Shown piece after piece: positions 39,029 to 50,464 of a stretch of DNA of 64,000 bases. Under the pieces are notes generated by a model. That model was given only the letters and a program-made list of their open reading frames with translations, did no database searches and was not told where the DNA came from. The position numbers and the translations under genes are program-made. The stretch covers positions 16,430,001 to 16,494,000 of the forward strand of contig JBITNC010000001.1 of NCBI GenBank assembly GCA_050084985.1. Reading direction: 5' to 3'. Position 1 is the first letter of the stretch, and each line of letters starts with the position of its first letter. The stretch is from Nageia nagi (lineage: Eukaryota > Plantae > Pinophyta).

Positions 39029-42000
39029 TGACTGGAAGGAGTACGCCTCTCGCCTTTACACCACACCAGTTGTACCCAGTCCATCTGCTTCACTCGACCA
39101 TCCACATCGGACTTCTACTCTTCTTCCCTCATTCGTTCCGCCATCCAAAGACTTTTCTCCAGGAAAGCACCCAACATTGAAAACCTTCAAGCTGAATTCC
39201 TCAAGCATGCCATACATACCCTCCCTCTCTTCCTATCCAAGATCTTCAATGACATCATCTGCTCTAGTTTCCCGCCTTCTTGGACCTCCAACATCATCCA
39301 TCCCATCTTCAAATCCGATGACCACAACGAGCCGAGCAATTACCGCACTATCATGATTGGTAACACTTTGGCCAAGCTATATGTCACGATCATGGAGAGT
39401 TACCTTTCACAGATGGTTGACTCTATGTGACATCCCCCTTGTACAATTGTAATTAATCTTGAAATCCAACGGATTCCCCCTTTTGTATAATTAATTATCT
39501 TATTATGTTTTATTAGCTAGGACTTGGGATAGAGGATATAAAGGTCTATTGGACCCCACTATGAGCCCCAAGTGGTACGTCTTCCTCCTAAATGTAGTTG
39601 GAGATCTCGAAACATGATTATAGGAATCCCTAGGTCTATTTAGCACTTAGAGCATGGATAGTCACTTAATGGCCCCAAAGTTGAGATTGGGAGCACTTGC
39701 ACACATGCGCCAACCTTGGTGAGACTTCTAGACCCCCATGTTGGCCCATGACACCCATGCATGCCCCCTAGATACCCACACATGCATCCTTAGGCCCATG
39801 TTGAGCTTGAGGACCCACATGGAGATTAGGGGAGGCCCAAATACCCACATTGGGCCTGTAATGACTCCTAGGTGCCATCGTTGGGGTTTGAGAGGCTGGG
39901 TGATGACTTTGAGGTGAGATCTGGATCTAGTGTCTGCTATATGAGGCCTTGGAGCATCATTGTTGGATATATAGATATCGATTATTACACATACTATCCA
40001 GAGGACAAAAGTCTTGGCGCAGTGTCAAGCAACATCCCTAGGTGCAACATCTAGGAGTGTTAACAAGCTAAAGGATCATGTTGATCTACGGCTTTGGTGT
40101 AGCACCTTAGTCCATCCGGTGGCATTCCGAGGTCACATTTCTACCATTCAGTTGGTCGCCAGCGTTTGGAGAGAGCTCCTTCGGTGGATAGAATTCAGAC
40201 TATGAGGGAGTGAGGTTGTCCCATTCAGTGTTTCGTTCGTCCAGTAGTGATCATATTCGTTGTGCCCTAGTTGGCTCCTTGGAGGCCAATGTTGTGCCCT
40301 GTGGGCTTGGTATTGTATCAATATTCATTTTGTATCTTCAATACAAGTCGTGGGCTATTGGATCTCATTATTGCGTTGTGCATACATGTGTATTGGCATC
40401 GTTGGATTACGTTTGCATGTGTATGATTGTCTGAGCCATACATTGGCATTGAGCTGTTGAGTACTTGTACCTGCTAGTCTAGGCTAGACGTTGGCATTAT
40501 TGGATTATTTGAGTTTTATTTGGATGCCCTAGGTCAGACGTTGGAGTATACTTGTGTGAATTTGTTTAATTGCACTTGAATTTGTATTTAAGATTTTATA
40601 CTCTAGGGGGCTTCGAGCAGTAGGTTAGGCAAGCTTTCGCAAAGATCATCACACCACTGATCACATTTTCACTCTCAAAGCAATTATTGAGGAGGCTAGA
40701 TTCCAAAAGATGCTAGTCTTTGTTGTTTTGTCGACTTTAGGAAGGCCTTTGACATTGTTCCTCATCATAGACTCATGGATCGTTTGCTGAGTTTGGGCAT
40801 AGCAGAGACTGGTCTAGTAGCCATTTTGACACTTTATGAGACTCTTTCATGCCGAGGTTCAGACCCCAAAGGGGCTATCTGATAGCATTCTTAGCACTAT
40901 TGGAGTGAAGCAAGGCTACTCGCTCTCACTGACTTTATTTGGTTTGTACATTGATGAGCTTAAGTCCGTTATCCTTTAGACCACCAACCCCGAGTCAAGA
41001 TGCCTTCTTCATGGAAGTTGGGTTCCCATCCTACTCTTTGCTGATGACATTGTTCTGCTTTCTCATTCGATGGAGGGTCTCCAGAGCCTAATAGATGCTT
41101 TAGATGCCTTCAGTGATAGACAAGAGCTTGTAGTGAACCTTAGCAAGACTAAGGTAGTGGCTTTCAATGTTTTGAAAGCCACACTGAACCAGACTCGGAT
41201 CACCTTCCATGACAGCCCTATCGAGTCTACCTCCACCTACACATACCTAGGAGTTCTCTTCTCTAAACTGAGGTTCTCCATGTGGATAGCAGCACCACCT
41301 AGAGGTCGTCGAGGCTTTGCAGCAGTTCCTTCATTGGAGAGATAGTGCATTCAGTTACACTTTCAAAACATATGATCCAAGCTAGAGTTGTTTCAAACTT
41401 TGGTCACACCCACAGCCTTGTACGGAGTTGAGATTTGGGGTTCTAGCTTGACAACAGCGGATTGGGCCTCGAAAGAGAGGATCTTGGTCACTTTCCTATC
41501 TCGCTTCATTTGGAGTAAGAGGACAAGCCCACATCTTATCATACTTGCTAAGTTTGATTGTCAGCCCCTTTTGGTGTCAGCCCTTGCTTACATTGTACTC
41601 TATCTTCGACACATACAACATTTATTTGTTCGAGGAAGAGCTACAGACAAGCTTCCGGCAAGAGCTTTGGCTTCCTCGATTGACCTCGCTACACAGGGCT
41701 ATAGGAGATGTTGGTACTTCGAGATTTCCGAGTTGCTTCAAAGATTTCGGTTTTCTCCAAAGAGATTACCTTTCCCTCCAGAGGACTCATCTAGGACCCC
41801 AGCTGAATCTTTGACTGCGATCCGAGAGATTATTTATATGGCTTTCATGCAAATCACTTGGGTGTCTCCCCCTCGGCCACTGACACCCAAGCTAGACCAC
41901 TATACTCAATGTTATCTTCAGTTAGACAGAGGAGTGATCCTTCTGCCTGGATACACCAGCTTACACCTCCCTTTGGGGTTAAGGATGCTCCTTGGACAGC

Positions 42001-42765
42001 TTCAAGTCTGCTCCCACCAGTTGAGGGTGGAGACAGATCACCACATAGATAGAGATCTACGAGTCTCACTTTTGCTCCATTGAGACTGAGTCCGAGTACC
42101 ATTTTATCTTTCAATGCACGGTTTACTATGAGATTTGAGGTTGATACCATTGCCTCTTCCGAGATGCCTATAAATCGTTAGCCACATTAATCCAGTATCC
42201 AAATCAACGTTGCTTAGTGCTCTATCTTTGGGAGGCCTTCCTTCTCCGAAAGCGCCTCCTAGCTCATGCTCAACTACCGATCGAGGTGAGACACATCACA
42301 TCCTTCAGCCGAGCTCCTTCTCTTGAAGGGGCTCGTAGGAGACACAAAGTTGAGCCTATACAGCCACTACATAGGACCAAGAGATGTTCCCAGAGCACTC
42401 AACCATCGTCGAGAATGCGATAGATCACAACTTTCTTCTCGACCATCAATAGTACATCAAAGGCTTCTCATAGCGATTAGCGGGGTCCCTCGCCAGAGCA
42501 AGGAGTACCGCCGCCATACTCTCCCTCGGGAGAGACCCAAGAGGACCTACCTATGGACGTACCAGACTTGGTTTCTTCCACCTTTTAGGGTTCGAGCATC
42601 TTTGTGTTGTATTTGATTATGTAATATTTTTTGTTTTAGGTTGTTTTTTTTCTCTTTACTGCCTAGGTGGGGCTTTTTGGGCTCCATAAGCATAATTGTA
42701 CTTGACAGTCCCATTGACCGCTTTTAGTCACCTGTGGACATTAATATACTTTCTTTCTTTCTTTC
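39029..42765 (+). mobile_element. 5'-truncated RTEX/RTE-like non-LTR retrotransposon
   Basis: RT motifs PIFKSDD..PSNYRTI, DHIFTL, VDFRKAFD, GVKQG, LLFADD, VNLSKTKV, YTYLG and YGVEIWG; C-terminal SHQLRVET. (TTTC)n tail. TSD CTCTTCA at 39022-39028 and 42766-42772. Confidence 0.85.
39426..40653 (+). mobile_element. Chromovirus-type solo LTR (1,228 bp) inserted in the LINE RT
   Basis: TGTGACATC...GATCATCACA termini. Shares the GCTAGACGTTGG motif with the element-B LTR. LINE RT frames stop and resume at its borders. Confidence 0.85.
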
Positions 42766-43606
42766 CTCTTCAGAAATTTTAATTTTGTCCTCTTCCTTGT
42801 CCTTTTGTGTTTGAACTAGCACCATCGTCCCTTGAAACTTTCACATTTGAGGCAAAGGTTGTTCAACACCTTCACTAAAGATGTCTTTTAATCTCTCTTC
42901 ATATGACATAAGACAGCCTACAAGATGATCAATCTCCAAAATTGTTAAATACTTGCTTTCTTCATTGATGAAGACTACATGGTTCCACCTAGGTCTTAGA
43001 GTTCTCAAAAATTTCTTCACAACAACTTTCTTCTCCAACCTTTCCACAAGAATGCCATTTTATTAACCACATCTTTAACTCTGACACACTACTTAGTCAC
43101 TCTTTCTGATTCTTATATTCTTAAACTCACTTTTCAATTACTGCAACTTGACAACATTTACTTGTGCCTTGGTAAGACTCTTTTAGAATCATCCAAAGAT
43201 CCTTAACTGATTCTACATATACAATTATTGGAAATAACCTCTTAGCAAAAGCTGATTGAATGTGGTACATGTTCCTAAGTCTGCCTAAGGGTTGTATAGC
43301 ATGCTATCATACTGCATAATAGGGGCTACTTTATGTTGTGGCTTCAAAGTAAGTCAATCTGGCCTTGTAACAACTTCGTAAAAAGCATCAACCTGAGAAT
43401 AATTATTTTGAACTTCATTCCTAGTATAATTTAAGAAATTGATAGATCAAGGTAAAGCCAAAACCAACACATGAAACTACAGTCATTAGTCTATGGTACA
43501 ATGTCTAAGAAAGTTTGAAGCAAAATAATTCAAGCATGTCATAAACTTGCCAAATTTTGAAACAATGAGTCTTGGAATTTTGTAGAATGTCAAACTCCTA
43601 ATCCTA

Positions 43607-46600
43607 CCACTCCTCTAGACGTTGTCTAGGAATATCCGCTCAGCACCGCCAAGACTTGGTTGCCCGATTGGGTCTGGTATAGAAAGTATATGATAAGTGG
43701 TAACCTCATCATGGAGCTCCATCCTCAATATATAGCCTCTCATGTACACCCGTCATGCCTCGTTATCACCCCAGGCCAATTCTAATCCAACGTTGGGGTT
43801 AACAAGTCAACAGTGCCAACGTGGGGGTCATATTGGCCCAGTATGCTAACGTGGGGGTCCCATCGGCCCAGTATGCCAACGTGGGGGTCCCATTGGCCCA
43901 GTATGCCAACGTGGGGGTCATAAAGACCCTCAAGGCTGATGTGGGGTCCAAATGGCCCCCTAGGCTGATGTGGAGGTCCATGAAGCCTCCTGAGCCAACG
44001 TGGGGTATGTGGGGTCCTCCCAACGCTAGCAAGCTCCTTTGCGCACCTTGAACATACATGACACACATGTACCTAGGGATTCCCACAATCCGAGATAACC
44101 CATTACATTAAACATATCACTACTCAAGGAGAGACGTCTCATTGCTAGGCTCACAGTGGGGTCCGTAGACCATAAGCTCCTGCTTGAGTTACACAAGTAC
44201 AACATGAACATGAACAAACACTAGAATACAAAGTGACAATGATGCAATTCATCATTGGTCCAAATGGGACGTCACAAAGCCTCCCCTCTCGAATTGCTTG
44301 CCCTCAAGCAATGGTACGAGATAGCTATGTATTGTCTTCCAAGAATCCTTTGGTGCCTTCAGTTGCATCACACCTTTCTGGAAAACCATCTTGACTCCTA
44401 GTCCCTCTGGCTGTAGTGGGCCCTCAGCATTGAATGCTTCTATGACCCGCAAACTTTTGAGTCGGCCATGGCACTCTTCTCTCAGCATGTGTTCATGGAA
44501 TAATCTCTTCAGCCATGGAATTGCGTGTACTCCCACATTGAACTGTACCTACATTGTCCTGCGAAAGATGATTGTCAGTATAAAATGCATTGGGCCTAGA
44601 CCCATCTCAAGATTTGTGTTGCTCTCGGCCATGAGTGCTTTCCCAAGCCTCAATGTGGGGTTCAAAAACTCCTGGGCACTCCACATAGACATTCCTGCCT
44701 CCCCAAGGTGCAACGTGGGATTTCCTCCTCCTTGGACCCTCAACGTAGCTGCTCCGAGTGACTCCCTGTCCAACGTGGGGTCCCAACAGTCCTTGGACAC
44801 CCAATGTGACTACTCCTAGTGACCACTTGTCCAACATGGGGTCCCAACTTCCTTGGACATCCAACATGGCTACTTGTCTTGTCTCCACACTCAGTTCAAT
44901 CAACTCTAGTCGGTTATTGGTATTATGTGTTTCCTCATCCCTCAATCCCTACATTGTGTGCTCTACCCCATCCATCTCAAACCTCATAGTAAGGTTTTGG
45001 TAGTTGGTGTGAATGTCACCCAACTCGAACAGCCATTGCACTTCGAGGATGATATGTGGATGCCCCTTGAGTGGATATAGGTAGAAGTTCTCTCTCACCA
45101 CAAAGCCTTGCAATTTGACTCCCAGCCTCTCTACAATCCACCAATGAAAGCTTCCCATTGGCATTTGAAACTCAGAAGCCTTCAAAGTCCTTAGTCTTCA
45201 GATCTTTCCTTTTCGGGAAGTTGATGTCAATAAAATTCTGTGATGCTCCCGGATCTATCATCACCATGACATCCTAACCGCAAGCTTGCCCAATCAATTT
45301 CAACATCAAAAACTTCTTCACCCCATGAAGTGATTCTACCATGCTCCCCAACGTGCCCTCCGCACGCAGCAACCGAGTCATCCAACCCCTCGTTCAGATC
45401 CAGCTCCGATTCCTCCGACCTATCCTCATAAAACACCTCAATGAAGTGTACTTGCCCTTTACCCAAGCAACGATGTTCGGGTTCCAAGTTCTTGCAATAG
45501 AAGCATTTACCCTCCTGCCTCAGCTTCTTCCTAGTGGTTGCATCCAACTGATCTGGTCTAGGCATGGGGGGTGCCTTGGCCTTGCTAGGCCCTTCCAACA
45601 TCCTCCGACTTGGTGGTGCCTTGTTGGCTAGTCCTCCCTTAAGGGATTTCACGATAGGCTCCAAGTCATATGCAACCTGAATAGCATCGTCTAAAGTCCT
45701 AGGGTATGAGACCTTAACCATCCCCCTCAATGGCTCGGACAACCCCTCAATGAAGAGGAATGTCAGCCTCTCCTCCGGAATATGGTGGATCATCACTGCA
45801 AGCTTCTGGAACTCAGTCACAAACTCATCCATCATCTCTATTTGTCTCAAGGAATTCAAGTCTCGGAAGTATTCGTTCTCCTTCTTCCAGTCAAGTCTCT
45901 TCACTAGCCCCCTAGTGAACTCCTCAAACGTCGTGTGCATACCCCTAGCTCACCATGCCATGATGCCACCACTCCAACGCATCCCCTTCAAGATGTAAAG
46001 ATGCAAAGTTGATGGCCTCGTCCTCCACCATGCTAGGGTTCAACACAAAGTATGTTTGCAGTTGGTGCACCCAAGCTCTCGCTGTCATCTTCCTGCCATC
46101 AAACGTGGGTACTTGCATCTTGCTGATCTTATGTTGCAGGTCCCTTTTTCCATCCCACTGTCCTCCTGACTAACGTTGGCCATGTAAGCCTCCCTTCAAC
46201 CCTAACAGCTCCAAGTAACTGCTAAAGTTGATGTCTCGCCTCACATCCGGATCCAAAATAACCCTCAATCAAAAACAAACCAAACTAGGGCTTCTGCTCA
46301 ACACCCAATGTTGGGCCCCTAGGGCACCCAAACACACCACAATGCAAACGTGAGCCTCCTAAGGCCTCCACGCAACACCCACAACCTGACGTCAGCCCTC
46401 TAGGCTTCCCTAACACCCTACAAACCCTATGAATGCCTCCTATCAACAATGCACAACACAAGATCACCAACGAATGCAATACAACTTGATACAACACCAG
46501 AACAAAGCTTCCAACACCAATATATGGAACACATGTAACATACACAAGAACAACACAACAATGAGAGGCATAATGAGATGTCTTTTATTATGGTGAGATC

Positions 46601-47368
46601 ATGGAGTACAATGGAGATTACAATACACAGATCTAGGGTTCCAAACCCTCAACAAGCCAAACACACAATAGGATAGACTAACTCCCTTAGTATCCGAATA
46701 CCCTCCTACGAAGGGCCAGGTAACCTTGCCACTCCTCTAGACGCCGTCTAGGAATATCCGCTCAGCACCGCCAAGACTTGGTTGCCCGATTGGGTCTAGT
46801 ATAGAAAGTATATGATAAGTGGTAACCTCATCATGGAGCTCCATCCTCAATATATAGCCTCTCATGTACACCCATCATGCCTCATTATCACCCCAGGCCA
46901 ATTCTAATCCAACATTGGGGTTAACAAGTCAATAGTGCCAACGTGAGGGTCATATTGACCCAGTATGCTAACGTGGGGTTCCCATTGGCCTAGTATGCCA
47001 ACGTGGGGGTCATAAAGGCCCTCAAGGCTGACATGGGGTCCAAATGGCCTCTTGGGCTAACGTGGGGGTCCATGAAGCCTCCTGAGCCAACGTGGGGTAT
47101 GTGGGGTCCTCCCAACGTTGGGATGCTCCTTTGTGCACCCTGAACATACATGACACATATCTACCCAGGGATTCCCACAATCTGAGATAACCCATTACAC
47201 TAAACATATCACTACTCAAGGAGAGACATCCCATTGCTGGGCTCACAGTGGGGTCCACAGACCATAAGCTCATGCTTGAGTTACACAAGTACAACATGAA
47301 CATGAGCAAACACTAGAATACAAAGTGACCATGATGCAATTCATCATTGGTCCAAATGGGACGTCACA
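43607..47368 (-). mobile_element. Internally deleted chromovirus (Reina-like) Gypsy element with two truncated LTRs
   Basis: 43607-44276 matches 46729-47368, with one extra 30-bp unit in the left copy. PPT GAGAGGGGAGGCTT precedes TGTGACG. Gag (LRQEGKCFYC...HRC) at 45227-46260 and protease remnant near 45000-45270. PBS, RT and most of the integrase are missing. Confidence 0.9.
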
Positions 47369-47470
47369 AATTTTAAGAGTATGTGTGCAATAGACTAATA
47401 TGCTTCTCAATGAAAACGAATTGCAATTATTTTACTTTGTCAATATGTTATAAATCAAGCATATTTGAGT

Positions 47471-48624
47471 CTGGTATTTAATCCGAAAAAGGCTCAAATA
47501 ATGCTAGCTCCAATCTTGGTATCACTTCCCAGGTTACCCTTCGACCTCTGGCATCAGAAATTCTCTGAAGGAATTGCAAACTCCTTTGGGAGGTTTGTGA
47601 CTGCAGATGAAGTTAAGAAGGCCCTTTCAAGGATGGTGGTGGCCAGATTTTGTGTAATGGTGGAATTCAGAGTCAAATTGCCTAAATCCATTACATTGGA
47701 GTCAAAGATAGGCGAATGGGAACAATTGTTGAGATATGAATTCAACAATTGCTTATGCTCGATCTGTTGCCAAGTAGGGCAGTCAACAAAGTCCTGCCCA
47801 GTGAAAGTCACTAAAGTCACACCTGCCTCGCAAGAATGGAGAGAAAAAAAGGAACATTCCAAAACTCAAATGACATAGGAGTAATCCCTCCAATGGAGGG
47901 AGTAGGTACTATGGAGCTCGTAGCCCGAGTGCAACAAGCAAATCCGTTGGTCGTATCAACAGAAGGCATCCTTGCAACTATTCAAGGAGTTGCAACAAAC
48001 CAAGGCCAAAACATAGTGGTTAAAAATGGTCAAAAGGATGATGATTGGGAAAAAGTAGAGTCAAAAAAGAAACAAAAAAGAAGACACAATAGTGAACAAA
48101 CATCAAAATCGCAGGATACAGTTGCGAAAGAAATGCTCTATGGAAAAGGCAATGTAAGGATACTACGGAGTGCCGCGAAGAAACAGAAAGTACGACAAAG
48201 ACAAGTTGGGCATCCGAGCGAAGGTGAGATGAGAGATATAGAAACAGCAAAGGAAGTCACTACCGGAAAACAAGAAACACTCGATGGTTTTGGAAGAGGA
48301 TTCCTCCTCAAAACTATGAAGAAATGAGGTGTTGATCCACATGCTACGGTTCTTGTAGCAGATTTACTCATATTGTTGATCTACGCACTAAAGTTACTGT
48401 AGAAGATTTACTCAGATTGTTGATCTACGTGCTACGGTTTTTGTAGCAGAATCACTCATGGAAGATATTCTTAGATTGATTTTTAGAATGAACACTTGTA
48501 TAATATAAACAGTGGCAGGATGTTGCCTAGATTGTTTTAAATTTGTTTTTTAGACAAGTTGGGTTCCTGTATGAAAACCCCTTTGCCATTTTTTGGTAAC
48601 AAATAAATTTACCCTTACAAAAAA
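47471..48624 (+). mobile_element. L1-derived retroposon containing only ORF1 (3' half), 3' UTR and poly(A)
   Basis: APILVSLPRLPFDLW...IANSFGRFV..D...ARFCV...YE...CSICCQVGQSTKSCP (L1 ORF1 with zinc-knuckle remnant). Stop at 48327, then an A-tail. 19-bp TSD AAATCARGYATATTTGAGT (47452-47470 and 48625-48643, 17/19 identical). Confidence 0.85.
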
Positions 48625-48764
48625 AAATCAGGTATATTTGAGTACTTTGCATCGTAATGTTAAAATCTAGATGAACAAAATGTCAAAAAACAAGCATGAA
48701 AAAAAAATTATTTTGCCCTTGCTATCACATTTTTGTAAGTTATAGTTATAAAATGAAAAAGTAC

Positions 48765-48843
48765 CTGAAGCCTCATTGCAAGCTCATTTGCATGCAATAT
48801 ATTTGCAAGCTTTGACTGTCCATATGCTAGGAATGCTGAGTAT
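48765..48843 (-). CDS. TIC32-like SDR, exon 5 (YSAFLAYGQSKLANILHANELAMRLQ)
   Basis: Catalytic YxxxK; CAG/GT boundaries; consistent phases. Confidence 0.95.
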
Positions 48844-49106
48844 CTGAATTGAAATACACCCCCTTTACATGTTAAAAAATCTAATCTACATGATAAATGA
48901 AATGATGATATACACAATTTATACAATTAAGAAAGCAATCATGTGTTCTACGGTGTAAAATAAAAAGCCTGATAACAACAGAATTGATTTCTTATATGCA
49001 AGCAAGCAAGTTCTTTAAATGTAAATATGTTTGGAGCTAAAAGGAACAAAAAATAAATGGCTATCAATACCTACTTTTCATGTGCAACTTATCTAATATT
49101 GCTTAC

Positions 49107-49260
49107 CCTGATTCATCATTTATCTTATCAAAACGAATGCCAGACCAATAAGTGACTCTATGCCCTTCAGATGAAACATTAACAATTCTCCCTTCAATGC
49201 CTGTCTCATGAGCAGTAGATTTCATATTCTCTACCAAGAGATTTGTCAAAAGAAAATGAC
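49107..49260 (-). CDS. TIC32-like SDR, exon 4 ([12 protein letters not shown]...[11 protein letters not shown]...INDESG)
   Basis: TTTGCAG acceptor, GTAAGC donor, catalytic Ser region. Confidence 0.95.
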
Positions 49261-49953
49261 CTGCAAATATACGTTGTCAAATGCACACTTCAAAAAGAAG
49301 TTGTATTTTGTGCCACATATGAATCAATTAATATTTCACTTACTCTCTATTCATCATCACCCAAAATTTCTGCATAAATATTAGACTACTGTTCTGGAAA
49401 CTTAAAGTATTCATATTGTTCAAGAGATTCATACCATATGAGAATTACCACATTACAAAAGATAAACTACATAATCAAGAACCTTATTGGATTATAAAAA
49501 TTGTTTTTCCACAGATAATATCTATTATAAGTCCAATGTAGCATTTCCAAGTTTTACTATACTCCAACAGAAATAAGGATATGACACTTTTATACAAAAC
49601 TTAATAACTATCATAGTGAAAAATCATCTTGCAATGGATAATATGGAAAAACTGCAACAAATTATTGTTTTCAGAATGAATAAAGATTGTGCTGGACATT
49701 TAAAAGGGGAGCATGAAACACAAATTTTGAAAAGTATATTCTATGAGAACAAGACAATAGGTAAGTTGCTGCATAATCATAAACAGCATTCTAAATATCA
49801 ACAAGTTTGTGGGCATTATGCCAAGTGCCATGTAACATGAGGTCCATCAACTTGGGGTCTCAACTCTTAACAAGTTTTCATCTGGTGATCCACACAAGTG
49901 TCTCAGTGATCAAAACAGCAGTCATGCAGAATAAGGGGGTGCATGTCACTTAC

Positions 49954-50033
49954 CAATGTGATTTGTAGCAAATTGCAGTTCTATGCGATTTTGAGAAAGC
50001 TGAAAAGGACATGCCAGAATCCCTGCATTGTTT
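49954..50033 (-). CDS. TIC32-like SDR, exon 3 ([27 protein letters not shown])
   Basis: NNAG motif; AAG acceptor and GTAAGT donor. Confidence 0.95.
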
Positions 50034-50232
50034 CTTGACAGCAAAGAGGCAAAAGCAAAAGTTATGATTACTTTTGATGTGGAAATTTAGAAGTTCAAAC
50101 CATAATTCTTGATTTGAAGTCTCCCTTTAATCCACACAATCAATATTGGCCAAAGAAAAAACCTGAACTGATTAAGGAAAAAAATTACAATTCTAACAAA
50201 CTCCTGTATTGGATACATGGAAAACAGCTTAC

Positions 50233-50464
50233 ATTAAAATGTTGAGAGGAAGATTCAAGGATTTGAAGTTGGAAGCAAAATTTCGAACTGATGAAAGCGA
50301 GCTAAGATCTAGCTCCAGAACATCCACTTTCGCATTGCTAATTTCCTTAGTAATAGATTCTTTAACAGCATTACCAGCTTCAACATTCCTGACAGCCAGG
50401 ATTACATGGGCTCCTCGTAATGCAAGAACACGAGCTGTCTCAGTGCCAATCCCACTTGAAGCAC
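50233..50464 (-). CDS. TIC32-like SDR, exon 2 ([20 protein letters not shown]...[10 protein letters not shown]...LNILI)
   Basis: Completes the TGxxxGxG Rossmann motif; TTACAG acceptor and GTAAGC donor. Confidence 0.95.

Larger units (their letters stand above)
37390..43270 (-). mobile_element. Internally deleted Copia remnant (gag, zinc knuckle, RT/RNase H) interrupted by two LINEs
   Basis: Gag KKFLRTLRPRWNHVV...LVGCLMSYEERLK (42841-43047). Zinc-knuckle remnant near 38870-38925. SYFLGMEV near 38800. LWAVKQILRYVRG...GWMDSDW (37448-37684). Confidence 0.8.

Noticed and set aside
43782-44086. Overlapping repetitive ORFs (TPTLAYWA / QYANVGV)
   Set aside because: By-products of the 30-bp LTR repeats.
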